A DNA stretch of 63,859 nt, counting the filler, from Reclinomonas americana ATCC 50394 (lineage: Eukaryota): NCBI GenBank assembly GCA_048213135.1. It is 4 parts of 2 records of this genome, joined end to end, with 100 filler letters (N's around TTAATTAATTAA, not from the genome) between each part and the next. Parts side by side here need not be neighbours in the genome. Positions count along the whole stretch, not along the records: positions 51,891 to 62,724 come from PS015020.1; positions 62,825 to 63,859 come from PS015027.1; 2 more parts are not named here. One strand, written 5' to 3'. Numbering within the stretch: the first letter of the stretch is position 1; every line of letters starts with the position of its first letter. A model generated the notes under the pieces. That model had not been told where the DNA came from. It made no database searches and saw only the letters and a program-made list of their open reading frames with translations. A program made the translations under genes and the position numbers. Positions 56,721-63,859 of the stretch are shown in pieces.

Positions 56721-58115
56721 TCAGACGGCGGCGGCATCGCACTGCACCTGCTGTTGATTGAGCTCGTTGTGCAACTGCACCAGCGACTGCACGCCCGTCG
56801 GGTCGGCATCGGTGGCCACGGCGGCCGTCTGCACCAACACCGGTCGCCCCTGCGGCGTCCACAACTCCCGCATGGTGTCGGTGGCGGCCGCCGACGACAT
56901 GTCCGCGGCCTGCCCCCGATCAAACGAGTAGGCCCACTCGTCCGCCGGTCGCATCGCCGGTCGATACCGCACCCCGACCGCATCATACACCGGCACCCGC
57001 AGGTACTCGCCCATGCAGCGCTCCACATAGTCGACGGCCGTGAACGGCGCATCGCCCACCACACCCGTAAACGGTCCCTCGTCACGCACCGCATCCTCAT
57101 GCGCGCCCAGACACGTCATGTACAGCATATTGTCGGCCAGTGCTGCCGCCGCCGGCCCATTGATAAACACCGCTGCGGCTGTGCGACTCGCGGCAGCCGC
57201 AGGTGGCGCCCACCACGCAACCAGTGGCTCATCACGCACAGCAGCCGCCTTCATCATCGAGGCCAGCGCCTCCACATCGACCGCGAGATTGTCGCGAGTG
57301 AGTATCAAGTAGCCCTGCGCTGCATTCGGCCAGGAATCCCACAACTCCATGAACGCCAGTGCCGCCTGTCGTCTCTCAATGGTCCCACCTGTGCACGCAA
57401 CTCAGTGGCGATAAAGAGACACACACACACACAGACAGAGAGCGCGCGCTGACCATTGATCTCTGTGGGCACTCCCGGCAACATCGACACCTGCAGCGGC
57501 GCATACTCGCCATACAGACTGAGCACTTTGCGTCTCTCAAACGCGCGCAGTGTGGTCGCATGCAGACAGCGCGCGCGGCCTCCAGGCAACGCGCGATCGC
57601 TCACTCCTCCATGCAACAACACCGCCACTGCAAGTCCATCAAAGCGGCGATCTCCAACGAGCTCCTCACGCGGCACTTGCAACAGACACTGTGCGTTGTT
57701 CACCAGCACACGCGGGTCGTTGAACACAGTGAATGCTGCGCACATACACACACACAAAGAGAGAGAGAGAGCAAGTGAGTGTGAGAAAAGACGAACACGC
57801 AACACTCTATTCAGGCAGTGCGCACTCACCAAGAACGACGCCTAACAGGTATAACAGCACGCCTATCAGCACCAGAAACACGACTAGTTCGTAGCACACA
57901 TCGTAGAGCTTCTTCTCCTCGACTGTGTGTGGTTGCGGTTGAGGTGAGGTGGAACTTGTGTTTGTGTTTGATAATGGTGATGTTGTTCTTCTGTTGGGCA
58001 TGGTGGAGAGGCGGTGTCCGCCCAGCAGCACCTCTTCATCGTCGGCATCATCGTCGCCGTCATTGTTGTTGTTGTTGTTGTTGTTGTTGTGTGTCTGATT
58101 ACGCGCTCTCGACAT
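56721..58115 (-). CDS. Hypothetical single-pass (type II-like) membrane protein, 3 exons
   Basis: Poly-Asn N-terminus, hydrophobic stretch LVVFLVLIGVLLYLLGVVLAFTVF, two GT-AG introns (about 57829-57736 and 57452-57389) restoring one frame; family not recognised. Confidence 0.6.
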
Positions 58116-58194
58116 TTTGATGTAATGACTGTTATTGGGTGGGACAGCAAAGATACTGTATTGTTTGTTTTTTGTTGTCGACGTCGATGATTCA

Positions 58195-61100
58195 TCAGCG
58201 TGCGGAGATGCGTACGGTGAGTTGCTTGCCGTGGTCGCCGGATGGGTTTTTGTGCGTGATCAGAATGTGGTTCTGTGATGATGAAATCGGTGAGTTTTGG
58301 ATGCGAAAGTCAAGGTGGCGTCGCGGCGAACCTCGGTGTGCGAGTAGGATGCGGAGACGTCGCTGGGCGAGAGTTCGACAAAGTAGCCGGTGGGGTAGTG
58401 CATCAGCTGTGCGCGTGGAGAGGTGAGGCGAATGAAAACGGCATTGTTGTTGTTCGCACGACGACAAACCTCGTTGATGTAAATATCCGTCTGAGCCTTG
58501 GAGACTGAGAAGGGGAGTGAGAAACGGTGCGATGCATTTGCGTAGGTTGTGGAGAGGACTTACTGTCGCGGTCAATCACGTAGGTGATCTGCGAAAGGTG
58601 GATGAGAAGCAGCAACGGCAAAGACACACGCAGTGTATTTCTCACCGAAAAACGTGCCGTGTCGGGATCGAAGGCCATGGCTACGATGCTGGAGCCGGCG
58701 GTTGCTTGTGCGTACGTGCGACTGAGAATACGCACCTGCAGGTGCAGGTACACACGGCAGTGAGCATGGCGGCACGCATTTCCCCACTCCGGGAAAGTCA
58801 CAAACCTTGTCGACGTCGAGATCTGCGGGGAACCGGGAAGTGAGACGAATGCGAAACAAAGTACACGGATCAACATGAAAAACAAACCTCCATTGTCCAA
58901 GTACAGACTCTCGTCCGAGGCCGACGACTGCGTGGTAAAGTCGTTCCAGCTCTGCATGCACACGTTAGATGGTGACAATCTCGATAAACCCGACGTGAGT
59001 CGATCACCTTCCAGGCCCTGTGTTCGTCGGTCAGCAAACAACATGCCTGGCATCTCAACAGCAACAGCAGCCACAACTCACCAGTACGACCAGCTGACTT
59101 GGTAGAGATCCGCGAGGTCTGCATCGAGGAGAATGCATCATGATGAGTGGGTGCACCACAGAGAGCGAGAATGCGATTAACACACCGAGAAGGTCCTTCA
59201 TCATCTGCAGGCCCTTGGGCGAGTCTGGATTCGCGCCCCACTCCGTCATCATGCTCGGCACTCCGTACCGCTTGGCCTCTGCGCGCACACGCCACGTCAT
59301 TCCCTCAAGAACGCACAGGAGAAGAATGGCGCACGTGCAGAACGTACCGAGAACGCGTGTCTCAAAGAAGAGCTCCAGCGTCGTGTCGCAAATGATACGC
59401 ACAGATGGATCGCCGTGGCGGTCCGTGGCCTGCACGAAGCGAAAGGGTCAGCACACAAGCATACAGGACAACATCCACGTCGCTGTACGAAACGCAGTAA
59501 TTGTGCCTGTGTCGCCGAGAAAGTCAGCAACGACACGCTCGCAAACAGGGGGAAACACAACGTACCAGCTGAAGACACTGTTGTTGCCTCCGGGGGCGGT
59601 TTCAAAGCCAAGTGGGTACAGATCAGGCAACATGGGCTCTGGCCCGCAAATGGTGAGCGACCAGGATAGAGTACTGATGCTGCGAAAAAGAGAGGGAGCG
59701 CACCCCAGAAAATCATGCGGTTGGGGTCGGCCTCGCGAATGGCCGGCACGAGCACATCATAAAAGGGGATCTGCAAGCGCGTGATGAGTGGAGGACGAGT
59801 GTTGGAGAGCGGACGAAGCTGCGAACCAAGTTCTTCTTGTCGGCATGCTTGGCCTGTGTCGGGAGGAAAATGTCAGCAGAGTGCAGAGAGCGCACCAATA
59901 AATTTGCAAGTGGCACCCACCTCATACAGCAGCTTGGGGTCGGTGAAAATGTCACCGGGCCACTGCAACGGAGAGAGAGAACATAAGTGAGGGAGTGGGA
60001 GCGATCACACTCCAACGGTGACAAACTGGGGATAAAGGGAGTGAGTTGCAGCGCGGAAAGAGGGCGAGAACAACGACAAGCGACGTACCCGGCTCATTCA
60101 ACAGCTCCTGCAGGCGATAGGCGACAGACACAAGTGAGTCAGCACAACGAGTAACGCAATAAGAAGCATGTGGGTGCGCCTCACGATTCCAATCACGTCG
60201 GTGTCGCCGACAAAACTCGCAGCAATCGCCTGCGTGGGTACGAGAGGCGCGTGAGCAACAAGCCATGTGTGCCAGCTTGGCAAACAAAGCAAGCCAACCT
60301 TCCAAAAGTTGGCAAACAACGGCGCCTGCTCGTGGTACAATCGCTCAAATGCGTCGCCCTGCGCCACCAAAAGCAGTGAGCTCGCCGGCAAGCAGGTGAG
60401 ACTCAGGCAGGGACAAGCACGACGCAACCACAGCGTACGTCAGGTAAAATCTGCGACGGGGGAAAAGTCAGCAAAAATGCGGGTTGTGAAGCAAGGCAGA
60501 CGAATGCACGCAACTCTGCAAACACATGCTTCAAGCAATCCTCCAGCAGCGGGTGGCCCTGCGAGTCGAAGCGCAGGTGCGAGTCCACAGGGTCGCCGAA
60601 CGGATGAGTGCCTGTGCGCGGGATGGGTGAGATAGGGAGAGGTGAATGATGGCGATCGACATGCTCACCATTGTACTGCGCCGCCCAGTCGGGAATGCCC
60701 TCGCCGCAGTACTTGCGCGACAGCAAGTCTGATCCGCACACGACTTTGTCAACAACAATCACAGGAAAGGACGGCCAACCAACTGCACCTTGATGCGCAT
60801 CCAGCAGCGTGTGCACGCCGCGCGAGGCCAGCAGGTCGACCATGCGATGCAGCACATTGACGTACGTCTGATTGAACTGGCCTTGCACGGGCTCGTATCC
60901 CATCCACGCGGCGTAGAGGCGGACTGTGCAAGAAAGGGGAAGCGAAAGGTGAGGAGAGAGATAGAAGGTCGAAGGTCGCTTAGAGGAGTCCAATAATGGA
61001 GAGGCCAGATCGCGCGGACGAGGGATGTATAGATACGAGAAGAAGAGAAACCACGAGAAGAATCAAAGAGGAGATGGCGAGAAGAATGACGACGGACGCG

Positions 61101-61512
61101 GCCGGAACGAGAGCAACACCAAGGACGAGATCGAGAGGATGCGAAATAACGAGCGTTTGCTCGATGGTTGAGAGGTTGAGTGCAGGCACCAAAGCCGACG
61201 AGAAGGAGAGAGAGAGACGAGAGACGATACAGAAGCGCAGCATACAGACTTGCAAACAGACTGAGCACGTGGAAGTGATGAGGGGGCTTCATGCATTCTC
61301 TTCCCCTTCTCTTCTCTCACAGTCTCTTCTCTGCCTTTCTCATCCTCTATTTATCTCTCGTTCTCTCTCTGTCTCTCGCACTCACTCACACACCAGTCTC
61401 TTCTCACTCACTCGCAGCAGTCTCTTCTCTTCTTCTTCTTCTTCTCTCTCTCTCTCTCCCTCCCTCTCTTTCTCGCCTTCTCTCTCACGGTCGCTCAGTC
61501 TGTTCTCCATTC

Positions 61513-61555
<43 letters not shown>

Positions 61556-61856
61556 NNNNNNNNNNNNNNNNNNNNNNNNNNNNNNNNNNNNNNNNNNNNN
61601 NNNNNNNNNNNNNNNNNNNNNNNNNNNNNNNNNNNNNNNNNNNNNNNNNNNNNNNNNNNNNNNNNNNNNNNNNNNNNNNNNNNNNNNNNNNNNNNNNNNN
61701 NNNNNNNNNNNNNNNNNNNNNNNNNNNNNNNNNNNNNNNNNNNNNNNNNNNNNNNNNNNNNNNNNNNNNNNNNNNNNNNNNNNNNNNNNNNNNNNNNNNN
61801 NNNNNNNNNNNNNNNNNNNNNNNNNNNNNNNNNNNNNNNNNNNNNNNNNNNNNNNN

Positions 61857-61893
<37 letters not shown>

Positions 61894-62334
61894 CCCTGCT
61901 CCGTGCCCCGCCTCCTCTCCAACAAACCAAAGTTAAACCCCCACTGCTCCAAGTTATCCGCATCAAACGGAGTCAGCGAGGTCACCGGATCAAACGTGGT
62001 CAACGAAGGCGGATGATACGGAGGCGGCTTGTACCTAAAAAAATGATTGATTACAATGAATTACTCCGACAATGCACGCATGCACACATGAGAGAGAGAG
62101 AGAGAGAGATAACAACGCAACACTGCATTGACACCGTGAAAGATGCGAATGCGGCCTTGCTCGTCGACCATCTTCCCATCGCGAGTCTGTGTGTGTGTGT
62201 TTGTGTTTGAGCACTCTTTGTCTCTTCATCTCTTCACTCTCTCACACACTCACTGAGATGCGAGACAGCGTGTTGGCTGCCAGTGCCACGTGGCACACGA
62301 GCAGCACGAGGAGCAGCGCAAGAGCAATGCGCAT
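58195..62334 (-). CDS. Secreted glycoside hydrolase family 5, endoglycoceramidase-like
   Basis: Signal peptide MRIALALLLVLLVCHVALA; DEQGRIRIFHGVNAVYKPPPY; WGFNFVRL; LLDAHQDLLSRKYCGEGIPDW; acid/base ELLNEPWPGD; WHNYC; nucleophile MMTEWG; SWSYWAWK; SRTYAQATAG; about 26 exons. Confidence 0.92.
59963..60089 (-). other. Putative nested twin intron ([D1,2] stwintron-like): internal intron 60088-60026 interrupts the donor of an external intron (G at 60089 plus 60025-59963)
   Basis: AAT GAG CCG | G [GTACGT...CTCAC...CCCAG] TTTGT...CTCAC...TGCAG | TGG CCC GGT GAC. Confidence 0.7.
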
Positions 62335-62768
62335 TTTGCAAAGGCAGAGATTGTCAAGATTTGTCGTGTTTGTCGTGTTTGTTGTTGCATGTGGAGGCGA
62401 GTGACGCGAGGAGCTCAGTGGCGGCACATTGTGGTGTTGCTTGTGGTGGTGGTTGTTGTTGTTGTGTGTGTGCTGGTGGGTGTTGTTGTGGTGCAACGTG
62501 GTGGCGATGGGGAGGAGGATGCAGGTGAGAAGGATGAGAGGGTGATTAGGGGACTTGTCTTGCTCCTTCTTCTTGTTGTTGGTGATGATGATGATCATGC
62601 TCTCCTCCTGCCTCTCCTCCTCTTCCGTCTTCTTCTTCCTCTTGTTGTTGTTGTTGTTGTTGTTGTAATGGGCGTTGTTGCTGTCGCGCTCAGTGGTGGT
62701 TGCGGCTCACCACCACCAGTGATCNNNNNNNNNNNNNNNNNNNNNNNNNNNNNNNNNNNNNNNNNNNN

Positions 62769-62780
62769 TTAATTAATTAA
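62769..62780. other. Artificial contig-join spacer TTAATTAATTAA
   Basis: Same 12-mer within an N block. Confidence 0.95.
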
Positions 62781-63006
62781 NNNNNNNNNNNNNNNNNNNN
62801 NNNNNNNNNNNNNNNNNNNNNNNNTGTCACGACGCGCGTGCGTTCGTGCGTTCGTGTGTACGACAGCGTGTGTGTGTGTATAAGAGAGAGAGAGTGTGTG
62901 TGCATCAGTGTTGTGCACACGGTGAACCGGTGACTACCGGAAAAAAACCGCCAAACCACATTGTGTGTTGCGTTTGCGAGAGAAGAACAACAACAAAAAG
63001 GGAAGA

Positions 63007-63859
63007 ATGGCAGCGGCTACGGAAACGCGTATTTCTGTGGTCATACCACCCGCCAGCAAGAGCGGCAAGGTAAACATGATTGATGATGATGATGATCATT
63101 GAGAGCGTAATCGGACGACGTCGACTGATGATTGTGCGCTTGTGTGCCTGTGTGCATAGAGCACTGGCGGGAAGAGCACGCGGTTGAGTGAGCCGACAGC
63201 GTCATCATCAATGAAGAACCGCGACAAGGTTCTGCTGGAGGCCTTTGTCAACCCGGCGGCGGCCGCCGAGGCGACACGCGCATCGACACCGTCGCCTGCG
63301 CCTCCGCCAGCTGCCGTCCGACGCGCAGCGCGTGCAGTGGTTGCCGCCTCCAGCAAGACCAAGGTGCCGGCAGTGGGCGCAGCGAAGACTGGTGGCGCTG
63401 CTGGTGCTGCTGCGGCGCCACCAGCTGCTGACAAGGGATCGTCATCGTCGCCGACTGGGAAGAAGAAGCGCGACAGCACAGGATCGGTGACGGTCAGCGC
63501 GCCTGTGGTGCAGCGTGTGGGATCGACCACGACGGTGAGCATTGTCGTGTCGCCGACGGGCAGCAACGGCAAGTCCAAGGGCAAGAAGGCCGGTGGCAAG
63601 AAGGCGGGCGGCGGCAAGACGGCCAAGAAGAGCGGCAAGAGCGGCAAGCGAGCGGGCAAGCAGCCGGCGGAGGGCTCGGATATTGAGGAGGAGTACTGGG
63701 CCGATGGCGGCCACTCGGATGAGGATGAGGAGGTGGAGGAGGAGATTGATATGGGCACGGAGACGGATTTGAGGCAGGTGCTGGGCAGCTTTGGGCGGGA
63801 TCTGCACACGGTGGGCAGAGGTGCTGGTGCCGGTCGCGGCGCAGGCGCCACAAGAGGAG
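63007..63859 (+). CDS. 5' part of a hypothetical Ala/Ser/Lys-rich protein with an acidic patch (runs off window)
   Basis: ATG at 63007 MAAATETRISVVIPPASKSGK, intron gtaaac...catag, then open frame STGGKSTRLSEP...KKAGGKK...EEEYWADGGHSDEDEEVEEE to the window end. Confidence 0.65.

Overview
Draft-assembly window from a compact, very intron-dense eukaryote (probably a protist). It is stitched from at least four contigs by artificial N-TTAATTAATTAA-N spacers and has many internal gaps and microsatellites. Hand-splicing gives about 15 genes: a TPR protein, a TEY-type MAP kinase, a plant-type calcineurin B-like (CBL) sensor, USP14/Ubp6, a double-TerD protein ending in a CaaX box, a large secreted lectin/EGF/Asp-box propeller protein, a cathepsin F-like protease, a cytosolic 5'-nucleotidase, two tandem HEPN-NB-ARC-TPR (NLR-like) paralogs, a four-CX9C CHCHD5/Mix14-like protein, a WD40 protein, an unknown membrane protein, a GH5 endoglycoceramidase and a partial low-complexity gene. 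Strongest signals: (1) a systematic second class of 5' splice site (GTTGCG/GTTGAG/GTTTCG, the normal donor shifted by +1) used almost only when the exon does not end in G; (2) an intron nested inside another intron's donor (stwintron-like) next to the endoglycoceramidase catalytic motif; (3) a tandem pair of NLR-like genes with a putative HEPN RNase effector; (4) chains of 5-18 nt microexons. All exon structures and counts are manual and lack transcript support.
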